64,000 bases of DNA from Centroscyllium fabricii (Eukaryota), in assembly GCA_051313645.2 (NCBI GenBank), contig JBNRSN020000002.1, forward strand, positions 562,898,001 through 562,962,000, written 5' to 3'. The notes beneath the pieces were generated by a model, which was given only the letters and a program-made list of their open reading frames with translations, was not told where the DNA came from and made no database searches. A program made the position numbers and the translations under genes. Each line of letters opens with the position of its first letter. Position 1 is the first letter of the stretch. Positions 37,952 through 48,989 of this stretch are shown here, piece by piece.

Positions 37952-38472
37952 ATTAATTAGGAGCAGGAGTCGGCCACTCGGCCCTTCGAGCCTGCTCCGC
38001 CGTTCAATAAGATCACGGCTGATCCGATTACTCCACATTCCCGATAACCTTTCACCCCCTTGCTTACCAAGAATCTATCGACCTCGGCCGTAAAAATATT
38101 CACAGACTCTGCTTCCACCGCCCTCTGAGGAAGAGTTCCAAAGACTCCCGACCCTCTGAGAAAAAAATTCTCCTCATCTCTGTCTTAAATGGACGACCCC
38201 TTATTTTTACACAGTGACCCCCTAGTTCTAGATTCTCCCACACGAGGAAACATCCTCTCCACATCCACCCTGTCCAGACCCCTCAGGATCTTATATGTTT
38301 CAATCAAGTCACTTGAAGCGCCTTGGGACGTTTCACCAATGTTAAAAGCGCTACATAAATGCAAGTCATTGTTGATGTGTATATATTTACATGTAAGGCG
38401 AGCACTTTGCTGCCACTCGGAAGCAGCTTCCACCGCCTTTGGGACTTGTCCTGCTTAATTGTGGTACCCGGG

Positions 38473-38776
38473 TGTGGTAAACCTGTAATACTGTTTCCCA
38501 CTAATACTGTGTTGTATATAGTTGCTCCTTGGTTACCATACTGTGCTGTATATAGTTATCTCCTTGTTACCTCTTGTCCCCACCGGTATCTACCTGGGAT
38601 GCCTCAGCCGGCTCCGCCTCCAGGCTCCACCCACAGACTGTAGTGTAAAGGTGGCAGCCATGTTGGCCTCATGGCATTCCAGGACCGGATAGCGATAAGA
38701 CCTGTACTCCAGTTCTTCGTTAGTAAAAGCCTCAATTACTTAACTTCGTCGACTCACTATAATTCATCGTGCATCA
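38473..38776 (+). mobile_element. Solo LTR
   Basis: TGTGGTAAAC...GCATCA termini with perfect 5-bp TSD CCGGG. Confidence 0.8.
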
Positions 38777-38933
38777 CCGGGCAGCAAGTCATTTGAACCA
38801 CTTGTTGTGGAATGATTGCCATGGGGGGCGGGGGTGGGTGGGGGGGGGGGGCGCGAATCACGCACCACATTCAGAAGCCAGTTGGGGTCACAAGTCGTTG
38901 TTCATTGGTGTTCATTTTTTTTGTGTATTGCAG

Positions 38934-39317
38934 GTTTCCGAGGTGTAGCCCGGGAGCGAGCATCTGATGATCACGTCCGGCGAGGAACTTGAGCAGTTAT
39001 CCTTCTGGGTGAGGCGGGAAGGGCGGTGCTGGTTTCTTCAGGATGGCCGGTGGCCCCCCCCCCCCGTGTCTGTGACGCCCAGTCAAGTGCCAATTGACGT
39101 CTGAAAGTTGGAGGGGTGGGGGGGGAGGGGGGCGGCGGGGCGAAAGGACGAGCACCAGCCAGAGAGTGATGGGATTGCTTTGCCATGGTCACGTAGAATA
39201 AATGGCCGTTAATGAGGAGCGCATTACTGCTTGCTGCTGCTGGTTGTCACTGCTGCTGCGTGGTCCTCTCTCGGACTTATTCACGTTCTCCGAGGCTCGG
39301 GCCACCCAGCGCTCACC
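38934..39317 (+). promoter_or_regulatory. NDST2: 5'UTR portion of the NDST2 first coding exon with upstream ORFs
   Basis: Polypyrimidine tract and acceptor TTCATTTTTTTTGTGTATTGCAG ending at 38933; upstream ATGs at 38967, 39043, 39169, 39185, 39202, 39212. Confidence 0.7.
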
Positions 39318-40310
39318 ATGGTAAACTTTTGGAAGTTTGTACGGAATTTTCGGCCACTTGAGCTGCACCGGTTGATCTTGTTGCTGATCGCGTTTAGCTT
39401 GATATCCATGTGTTTCTTGGCGTATTACGTGACCAACAGCCCGAAGATTAAGGAGGCCCTGCCCTTGCCCATCAGCGATTGCAACAGCCAGCACAGGATG
39501 TCGCTGCCGCCGCAGTCTCTCAAGCGCTTCATGCCCTCAGTGGACACGTCGAGGACTGACCCCGTGGTCTTGGTTTTTGCCGAAAGTATTTATTCTCAGT
39601 TGGGACAGGAAATCGTGACCATTTTGGAATCCAGCCGCTTTAAATATAGGACAGAAATAGCCCCGGGGAAAGGGGATGTGCCAACCTTGACGGAGAAAGA
39701 TCGGGGCAGGTACGCCCTCATTGTATATGAAAACATTCTAAAATATGTGAACCTGGATGCCTGGAACAGGGAGCTGCTAGATAAATACTGTATCGAGTAC
39801 AGCGTCGGAATTATTGGTTTCTTCAAAGCCAACGAGAACAGTTTGCTCAGCGCACAACTCAAGGGTTTCCCTCTGTACCTGCACTCGAACCTCGGCTTGA
39901 AGGACTACCACATCAACCCCAACGCCCCGCTGCTTTATGTGACGCGAGCCAATGAGGCGGAGCGAGGCCCCCTGCCGGGCGACGACTGGACTGTCTTTCA
40001 GTCCAATCACAGCACCTACGAGCCGGTCCTCCTGGCCAGCACCAAGTCGGCAGAGTTCATCCCCCACCTTAGCACGCACAAAGCGCTGCACGCCACGGTG
40101 GTCCAGGACCTGGGTCTGCACGACGGCATCCAGAGGGTCTTCTTCGGCAACAACCTCAACTTCTGGCTGCACAAGCTGATTTTCGTCGACGCCATCGCCT
40201 ACCTGGCGGGCAAGCGCCTCTGCCTGCCCCTGGACCGCTACCTCCTGGTGGACATCGACGACATCTTTGTGGGAAAGGAAGGGACCAGGATGAAAGTCTT
40301 GGATGTTAAG
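39318..40310 (+). CDS. NDST2: Bifunctional heparan sulfate N-deacetylase/N-sulfotransferase 2, first coding exon (331 codons, phase-0 donor)
   Basis: Kozak [45 protein letters not shown] matches the NDST2 type II membrane anchor; continues [55 protein letters not shown]; ends AAG|GTAAGC at the conserved exon boundary. Confidence 0.95.
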
Positions 40311-40482
40311 GTAAGCAGTCCCAAACGTGCTGTAGTTTCACTGAATCCTGCAATGATACAGCACAGATGGAGGCCATTGAGCCCGTTAAAACAAACTGTC
40401 CCAATCGCTCCCACCCCCTGCTTTTTCCACCATCGCTGTGCCAATTTTTTTTTTTCCTTCAACTATTTATCCAATTCCCTTT

Positions 40483-41072
40483 CATAGAATCATAGAATCC
40501 CTACAGTGCAGATGGAGGCCATTTCGGCCCATCGAGCCTGCACCGACACATATCCCACCCTATCCCCGTAACCCCACATATTTAATCCCCCTAAAACTAA
40601 GGGTCAATTTATCCTGGCCAATCAACCTAACCCGCACATCTTTGGACTGTGGGAGTGACGTATCGTCAATTAAGACACAAAGACGAATAGTTACCTCGAC
40701 TAAAGGCTTTTATTAACTACAGAATGGAGCGTGTCTCAGCTGAGCTCGTGTCTGTACTGACCGGGGGATGGTAGGCAATTACCTATATACCTGGACTCAG
40801 GGGAGGAGTCAGAGGTGGATCAGCTGAGGCAGGCTCCTGTATACCGATATCTACATATGTACAGTGGTGCATTATGGTACCATTACAGTGGTACAATACA
40901 GTGGTGAAATACAGGTTTACCACAGGGAGCAAACCGGAGCACCCGGAGGAAACCCACGCAGACACGGGGAGAATGTGCAAACTCCACACAGATAGTTACC
41001 CGAGGCCGGATTTGAACCCGGGCCCCTAGCGCTGTGAGGCAACAGTGCTTACCACTATGCCACCGTGCCGCC
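40483..41072 (-). mobile_element. V-SINE interrupted by a solo LTR
   Basis: SINE body resumes after the TSD at 40925. Confidence 0.85.
40656..40924 (-). mobile_element. Solo LTR
   Basis: TGACGTATCGTC...TTACCACA, perfect TSD GGGAG; reverse relative of 9143-9433. Confidence 0.8.
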
Positions 41073-41087
41073 CTTTCGAAAGTTATT

Positions 41088-41834
41088 GGCCCAGAAATTA
41101 GGCCCGCAACGCGTGAGTACCGACAGGGTACTCACGCGTCGGGCCATCGGAATTGCCGGTTTCCGGCATGCGCCGCGCATGCACGTGAAACCGGCAATTC
41201 CGATCCCCTGTCAGAAGGGGTCAGGAGCCGGAGCGCGTTGGCCTGCGCAGTAGGAGGTGCGCTAATGCACTTCCGATTTTTTTCTCCCTTTTTTTATCGG
41301 GGTAAGTATCGGGAAAGTTACGGCTGATATTTGTATCCGTGAAGACCCCTTTTCATCAGGTAAGTTTATTGAATTCAATTTAAACTTTTTCCCACGGGAT
41401 TTTCATTTATCAAAACTTTAAAGAAAGGTAAGTTGATTTGTAGCCCCGTTAAAGACTTGGATTATTTTTTCAAAATTTTGTTTAAAATAGCTTTATTGTA
41501 TCATGTATAGTTATTTTAAAAAATGTGATTTAAAAAAAATGTATTTTAAGGTTTACTGTGGTTTTGGGGCTGTGGCAAATCATAAGTTTGACAGGTCTTC
41601 CTGTCAAACGTATGAATGGAGCATTCTTTGCTCCGATTGGCTCCCCACGGACCACGTGATCCCGCGGGAAGCTTCGCACCAACTCCGATGTTGAGATGCG
41701 GCGGCGCGGGGCCCTCTCAGCAAGGCCCAAGATCGGGATTTCAGGATGGTGGAATCCAGAACGGCAGGCGCGCTCCCTAAGTGTGGGTTGGAGGCTTGCA
41801 CTCGCTGGAAGCCTCCAACCCGAACTTCTGGCCC
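41088..41834. mobile_element. Harbinger-like MITE (AT-rich core family)
   Basis: GGCCCAGAAATT / AACTTCTGGCCC TIRs; colinear with 37193-37951. Confidence 0.7.
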
Positions 41835-42615
41835 AGTATTGAATCTGCTTGCCCCAACCTTTCAGGCAGTCCATTCTAGCTCACAAAAAACTCACTGCGT
41901 TAAAAAAAAATTCTCCTCATGTCGCCTCTGGTTCTTTTGCTAATTACCTTAAATGTTAAAGCCGGATTCAAATTCTTCAACTGCCATGGTGGGATTTGAA
42001 CTCTCGTCCGCTGGATTTAGGGTCCATACATAGAACATAAGAAATAAAAGCAGGAGTAGGCCAATCGGCCCCTCGAGCCCGCTCCGCCATTCAATACGAT
42101 CATGGCTGATCTGATCCTAACCTCAAATCTACTTTCACTCTCCATCCCGCCCGAACCCATGTGATCTCCCGGGAGAGGCGAAAAGGTCCAGGAACATAAC
42201 CAGTACAGTAGCAGACCCACTCCCGATGGCGGCTTTCAGGGTGGGTTGATTGGGAATGACTTCTTTGGACCGATGTGAAATTTTAAATCGGCACCAGAAA
42301 ATATTCCACATCCAGCTTTAAGTACTGAAGCGTGATACTTTGATACTTAAAAACAGATTATGTTGATAAATGATCGTTTTATTAATATTTCAATCAAATG
42401 AAGATCTTCTCAGCGGGACATTACGGATTCAGCGGCTCGATTATCTTCGTTTTGAAGCTCATACTTGAATTTTTAAAACTTGTGTTGCATTTAGATTCAT
42501 AAAATAGCTTCAGAGAAACTTGCAGCACAGGAGGAGGCCATTCGGCCCATCATGCTTGTGCCGACTCTTTGAAAGAGCGGTTGCGCTTGGCCCCACTTCC
42601 CTGCTTTCCTTATGG

Positions 42616-43000
42616 AAGAAGTCACACAACACCAGGTTATAGTCCAACAGTTTTATTTGAAATCACAAGCTTTCGCAGCGTTGCTCCTTCGTCAGGTGAA
42701 GTGAAGAGATGCACATAGGCACAGCATATATAGTCAGAGAACAATGCTAGATGATTACAGGTAATCTTTCCAACTGCCCTTTATCACACCAGTTAGAAAG
42801 GGCAGTTAGAAAAATTACCTGTAATCATCTAGCATTGTTCTCTGACTATATATGCTGTGCCTATGTGCATCTCTTCACTTCACCTGACGAAGGGGCAGCG
42901 CTCCGAAAGCTTGTGATTTCAGATAAAACTGTTGGACTATAACCTGGTGTTGTGTGACTTCTTACATTTGTCCACCCCAGTCCAACACCGGCATCTCCAC
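42616..43000. mobile_element. Fold-back PLE-derived element (167-bp inverted arms)
   Basis: Arms 42616-42782 / 42797-42963, 14-nt loop, 3' extension CATTTGTCCACCCCAGTCCAACACCGGC; same family as 24878-25037. Confidence 0.85.
42880..42916 (+). ncRNA. Minimal type-I hammerhead ribozyme motif
   Basis: UCAC-CUGACGA-A-GGGGC(AGC)GCUCC-GAAA-GC-UU-GUGA: stem I UCAC/GUGA, intact core, stem II, palindromic AGCU stem III. Mirror copy on the minus strand at 42663-42699. Confidence 0.7.
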
Positions 43001-43127
43001 GTCACTGCTTTTCCTAGGTTGATGTCTTGCCGATATACTTTGTGGAGCAGGCAGGATTCTAGCGAATTAAATTATATTTTGCTTAAAGATTGCACAGTTT
43101 TATATACTACACAAGACTATTGCATGT

Positions 43128-43353
43128 TGACATGAATCAGTCATTGATGAAAGAAAGGCTTATGAAATAACACTGAGCGGCCTGCGGGTGGCGCTGACCA
43201 GGGAGAGTATAAATACTCGGGCACGGGCCCAGCTTGCTCAGGACATTCTTTAACAGGAACTAGTGAAGGACAACTAGACCTCCATGTTGTAAAACAGTTG
43301 ATTAAAGCTTTGTTTAACGCTTAGACCAAGTGCCTTGGAGTTTTCTTACGTCA
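43128..43353 (+). mobile_element. Solo LTR
   Basis: TGAC...GTCA termini, perfect TSD CATGT, TATAAATA box, ATTAAA; second copy at 60964-61617. Confidence 0.85.
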
Positions 43354-44174
43354 CATGTCTTTCCTTCTCATAATGTTATGTTCAAAAATTTAAGGGGGTT
43401 GGTATTACAGCAGTTAGTGCGTCTACAAGATACACCGCCGCAACTCACCAAGGCTCCTTCGACAGCACCTCCCAAACCCGCGACTTCCACCACCTAGAAG
43501 GACAAGGGCAGCAGGTGCATAGGAACACCACCACCTCCAAGTTCCCCTCCAAGTCACACACCATCCTGACTTGGAAATATATCGGCCTATCCTTCATCGT
43601 CGCTGGGTCAAAATCCTGGAACTCCCTCCCTAACAGCACTGTGGGAGCACCTTCCTCACACGGACTGCAGCAGTTTAAGAAGGCAGCTCACCACCACCAC
43701 CTTCTCGAGGGCAATTAGGGGTGGGCAATAAATGCTGGCCTTGCCAGCGACGCCCACATCCCATAAATGAATTAAAAAAACACCGATAATTATAACTCTC
43801 AGACGCCATCAGCTCATTTTAAAATTTTCGACCTCAAGTTCCTGCACAGTCTACAGTAAAAGAAAGTATCAGCTGATGGGTTCTGGCAGCCTTCAGTCCA
43901 CCTTCCAATTGGCTGCTTCGTTATTAGTGACGACCTCCAATCCCGGTGGCAAAAGCCGACTGTTCTTGTGAAATGCGGACAAGCTGATTTGGGCCAAAAT
44001 GCAGAGTCCGTTAAAATGCTGACGGCTGTCATTTATATATCCCAGCATTCACACTCGGCCGACATTCTGAAATTTAGATGAACTTTATTTTGATGAACAT
44101 TTTTTTAACGTCCTACTGTAGATTAACAGTAAACCAGAGAAACAAATCTCCCCAGTTAAGAAGCAATGTCTTTC

Positions 44175-44560
44175 ATAGAAACTAGGAGCAGGAGTAGGCC
44201 ATTTGGCCCTTCGAGCCTGCTCCGCCATTCAATGAGATCATGGCTGATCATCCAAACCCAGTATCCCGCCCCTGCCCTCTCCCCATATCCCTATCAAGCC
44301 TGCACCGACACATATCCCACCCTATCCCCGTAACCCCACATATTCAATCTCCCTAACACTAAGGGTCAATTTATCATAGCCAATCAACCTAACCCGCACA
44401 TCTTTGGACTGTGGGAGGAAACCGGAGCACCCGGAGGAAACCCACGCAGACACGGGGATAATGTGCAAACTCCACACAGATAGTACCCGAGGCTGGATTT
44501 GAACCCGGGTCTCCAGTGCTGTGAGACAACAGTGCTAACCACTGTGCCACCGTGCCGCCC
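44175..44560 (-). mobile_element. HE1-type V-SINE, full length
   Basis: Head, V-domain, tail. Confidence 0.9.
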
Positions 44561-45188
44561 ATCAGAGAGCTAAATGTTGCTTCCTTTCATAGCATCATAC
44601 AGCACAGAAGGAGGCCATTTGGCCCATCGTGCCTGTGCCGGCTCTTTGAAAGAGCTCTCCAATTAGTCCCACTCCCCTGCGCGTTCCCCACAGCCGTGCA
44701 GGTTGATACATGATACATAGAAACATAGGAGCAGGAGTCGGCCATTCGGCCCTTCGAGCCTGCTCCGCCATTCAATGAGATCATGGCTGATCCTCTATCT
44801 CAATACCATATTCCCGCTCTCTCCCCATACCCCTTGATGCCTTTTGTGTCTAGAAATCTATCGATCTCCTCCTTAAATATATTCAGTGACTTGGCCTCCA
44901 CAGCCTTCTGTGGTAGAGAATTCCACAGGTTCACCACCCTCTTAGTGAAGAAATTTCTCCTCATCTCAGTCCTAAATGTCCTACCCCGTATCCTGAGACT
45001 GTGACCCCCTCGTACTCGACCACTCAGCCAGGGGAAACATCCTCCCTGCATCCAGTCTGTCTAGCCTTGTCAGATTTTTATACGTTTCAATGAGTTATTA
45101 TCGAGTCATCGAGTTTTCCAGCACAGAAAGAGGCCCTTCGGCCCATCGTGTCCGCGCCGGCCATCAAGCCCTGTCTATTCTAATCCCA

Positions 45189-45254
45189 GAAGTCACACAA
45201 CGACTTCTTGCATTTGTCCACCCCAGTCCAACACCGGCAACTCCACATCATGCA
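45189..45254 (+). mobile_element. Minimal fold-back PLE remnant
   Basis: GAAGTC-ACACAAC-GACTTC plus the same 3' extension as 42964-43000; 13-bp TSD TATTCTAATCCCA (45176-45188 / 45255-45267). Confidence 0.75.
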
Positions 45255-45975
45255 TATTCTAATCCCATTTTCCAGCACTTGGTCCGTAGCCTTGTATGCT
45301 ATGGCATTTCAAGTGCTCATCTAAATGCTTCTTGTATGTTGAGAGAGTTCCTGCCTCTACCACCCTTTCAGGCAGTGAGATCCAGATTCCATATATTGCA
45401 GGATTGCTGCAGCTTCCTCAATATTTGCACCCTCCACCCCCACCAGAGCAGGTTTTAAAGGCAATTCTTATTTAAAATGCAAGTTATTTGAAACTATTAC
45501 ACTTGGAATACAGTAGAATTGTGACCGAGCGAATGCTCCAGCTTCTGCTGAAGAGTATTCTTTTACATAGAATGCACAATTTGAACAGGTTGAAAAATGA
45601 CTTGGGACTGCCAGAATAATCGCCAGTCGTTTACTTTGCGTAACTTGCCCCCAGGCAAGTTTTCAAGGCGACTCTTTAATATGCAAGTTATTTGAAACTA
45701 TTACAGACACACAGAGGTCTGCAGGGAGGATGGTGATGGCTTGGCAGTGCGTCCCTTGCGACATCATCTTGAAATGTACAATAGAGGCAAGCGCATTTTT
45801 TTGGAATGGGGGAAGGGAAGCTGGGAGCGAAAAGCTGGCGTGGAGGGAAATTCCACTGAAACGTTTTCCTCCGCAGTCATTGATCCCTCTGCAGTTTATT
45901 ACCCCCTGCGCGGCCGCCGCTGGTGAACGACCTGCGCGGGAGCGCGAGATTGATGCACGGCCGCAGTGGCTTCTC

Positions 45976-46385
45976 ATAGAAACATAGAAACATAGAAGAT
46001 AGGAGCAGGAGTAGGCCATTCGGCCCCTCGAGCCTGCTCCGCCATTCAATGAGATCATGGCTGATCATTCAAACCCAGTACCCTGTCCCTGCCTTCTCCC
46101 CATATCCCTCGATCCCTATCGAGCCTGCATCAACACATATCCCACCCTATCCCCGTAACCCCACATATTCAATCCCCTAACACTAAGGGTTAATTTATCA
46201 TGGCCAATCAACCTAACCCGCACATCTTTGGACTGTGGGAGGAAACCGGAGCACCCGGAGGAAACCCACGCAGACACGGGGAGAATGTGCAAACTCCACA
46301 CAGATAGTCACCCGAGGCTGGATTTGAACCCGGGTCTCCAGTGCTGTGAGACAACAGTGCTAACCACTGTGCCACCGTGCCGCCC
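45976..46385 (-). mobile_element. HE1-type V-SINE, full length
   Basis: Head, V-domain, tail. Confidence 0.9.
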
Positions 46386-46772
46386 TATACTTCAGAATTC
46401 TCTCTCTCTCGAAATTTATATTTTATAAGTTAAAAGCACTTCTGAAAATTTAAGAAATGTATTTGTCGAAACCATGCCACAATATTGTTAATAGGTTTTA
46501 GATAAAAGCAAAAACAGCAAGTTAATGTCCAATTTAAATATACTGTACAAGGCATATACATGAAATTCACTTGAATACTGTTGAACCAGTTCAGAAAATC
46601 AGATACAAACAATTGCATTAGACAGCTGCAAAGAGGTCATGCAACAAGGTGCTGACATGAATGATACAATTTATTGCATCAGTCGCAAGAATGACAAAAG
46701 AATGAGAGAAATATAAAGACTGCACCAAAAGACAACAATAGAAATCACAAGGTCTTGTGTGCACATATACAA

Positions 46773-47380
46773 GCAAGATGGTGGCGCGCATAGACGCAGC
46801 GGCCTTGCGTCTCCCGTTTTTTTAGTGTCCCTGGTCCCGCCCTGTTCCTGGAGAGGACAGCGGGGTCGGTGGAGTGGAGCACCGGTGCTCCTCAATCGGG
46901 GCACCGGTGCTGAACAAGCCGTCGCGGTCGTCGGAGCGCCGGGGTGCTGAGAGCGGGCTCAAAGAGTCGTCGGGGCCGTGGGCCTCGAAGAGTCGTCGGG
47001 CCGTGGGCCTCGGAGAGCCGTGGGGCTCGAAGAGTCGTCGGGCCGTGGAGAGCCGTGGGGCTCGAGTAGTCGTCGGGCCGTCGGGCCTCGGAGAGCCGTG
47101 GGGCTCGAGTAGTCGTCGGGCCGTGGGGCTCGAGGAGTCGTCGGGCCGTGGGCCTCGGGAGAGCTGTGGGGCTCGAGGAGTCGTGGGGCCGTCGGGCTCG
47201 GTGAGATGGAACAGGGGTTTGCTCTGTCCACTCCCCTGGCATCGTGGCTGCAGCGCCTGGTGGGATGGAAAGGATCAGACTGGGACCAAGGACATTTAAT
47301 AATTTGGGAGATTGCATGTTTGCATTTCGTTGTTCTGTGTATGTTCACTTTACAATGACAATAAATTGAATCTTATCTTA
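46773..47380 (+). mobile_element. Probable non-autonomous Rex1-like retroposon containing a GC-rich minisatellite (about 46960-47200)
   Basis: Starts CAAGATGGTGGCGC; ends CAATGACAATAAATTGAATCTTATCTTA like the Rex1 tails; irregular GAGTCGTCGGGCCGTGGG repeats. Confidence 0.5.
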
Positions 47381-48054
47381 TAAATCAGTGAAATGCCAAT
47401 GTTTTACCTGTCCGATGCATACATTTTAGAGATCCACTACAGCTCGAGACAGCTTCCTTATATTGCTACTGTTAATTGAACGTAAATTTAAACAATACCA
47501 ATATTTGTATTGCGGAGGAAGAACTAATAATTCTTCCGGTCATGGGGTGTAATGTTTGCATGGCCTCGCACAGTGGCTGGAGCTTGCAAGCACAAACTCT
47601 ACATACCCTAACCCACTGTATCCAATGAGCTTCAAGCGGCTTACATTCCAGTTGTTGCAATTGGCTCAATGTTGATGCAAAATACATTCCTGCAATATTA
47701 ACATCCCTCACCTCCAAAGCTTTGCCCAGCTAAATGTTTACACCATTACCCATCTCAATTAGAGATGCATGTGGAACACACTACTCCTTCCAGTCCTCAA
47801 AAGCAAGTTTGCCAACAGAAAATTTCCCATTTTTGTATGTTTACAGTATACCACATAAGAAAGGAATACATCCAAAAGATCCCGTTTTTCAAAATAAGGC
47901 AAACAAACCTAACATTTCTCCCCAAAATCTAAGCCATCTCTCGGTGGCAGAGGGGAACAAAGAGAATGTTCTGTCCCCTTTTATGTACGCCATGTTGTGT
48001 GGTTGTAGTTACAAATCTCAATAGATGCATTTAAAAAGACAGCTCAATCAAGAC

Positions 48055-48600
48055 TTTACAACAACTTGCATTTACATTGCACCTTTAACATAGTAAAATG
48101 ACCCAAGGCGCTTCACAGGAGCGTCATCAGACCAAACGTGACACTGTGATATTAGAACAGGTGACCAAAAGCTTGGGCAAAGAGGCAGGCTTTGAGGAGG
48201 GAGAGGTAGAGGGGTTGAGGAGGGAATTCCAGAGCTTAAGGCCGAGGCAGCCGAAGGCACGGCCGCCAATGGAGAGGCAAAGGAAACTGGGATTGTGCAA
48301 GAGGCCAGAATTGGAGGAATGCAGCGATCGGAGGGTTACAGAGATAGGGAGGGGTGAGGCCGTGGAGGGATTTGAACACAAGGATGAGAACATTAAAAAT
48401 CGAGGCACTGCTGCACTGGGAGCCAATGTAGGTCAGCAAGTACAGGATGATGAGTGAGCGGGATCTGGCGCGAGTTAGTCTGCAGGCAGCAGAGGTTTAG
48501 ATGAGCTCAAGCTTGCGATGGGTGGGAGGTGGGAGGCTGGCCAGCAGAGCATTGGAATAATGGAGGCAACAAAGGCATGGATGGATGAAGGTTTCAGCAA
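48055..48600 (-). mobile_element. L2 LINE 3' end
   Basis: FNVLILVFKSLHGLTPPYL and IGGRAFGCLGLKLWNSL; tail AATGTAAATGCAAGTTGTTG. Confidence 0.75.
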
Positions 48601-48989
48601 ACTCTGTTACACAAGAATACAGATTAGTAGACATGCTCTGCAAGATTCTCATCAGCTGGAGTCAGCCAGCAGTGTGCCGACTTCCCTTTGTTTGATTGGA
48701 ATATTGTTATTTCCAGGTCTTTAGAGGAACCCTTCTATTAAAAGGATCACTCTGGAAAGAAAAGTTGTTAAATAATTATATAAAACAGAGAAACAAATAC
48801 TTTACACTTAACATAACATCCCCCTAGTTACATTTTTCTTTAATAAAATGGTAGCTTTAAATATGAAAAAACAAAATCATTTGTTTAGAGCATCTCATCT
48901 CTCGCTTTTCTCTCTGTTTGTCCTTTGGCCATTTTACACCATCCCTTTAATGTTTCTCTCATTTCCTTCTTTTCCGGACTACTGAACGT

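Noticed and set aside
39231-40487. 418-aa ORF taken as the full NDST protein
   Set aside because: Homology starts at ATG 39318 and ends at the GT donor at 40311; the extensions are UTR and intron read-through.
45477-45705. Direct repeat ATGCAAGTTATTTGAAACTATTACA about 200 bp apart
   Set aside because: No TIR, tail or family match between the copies; probably a local duplication that I cannot interpret further.
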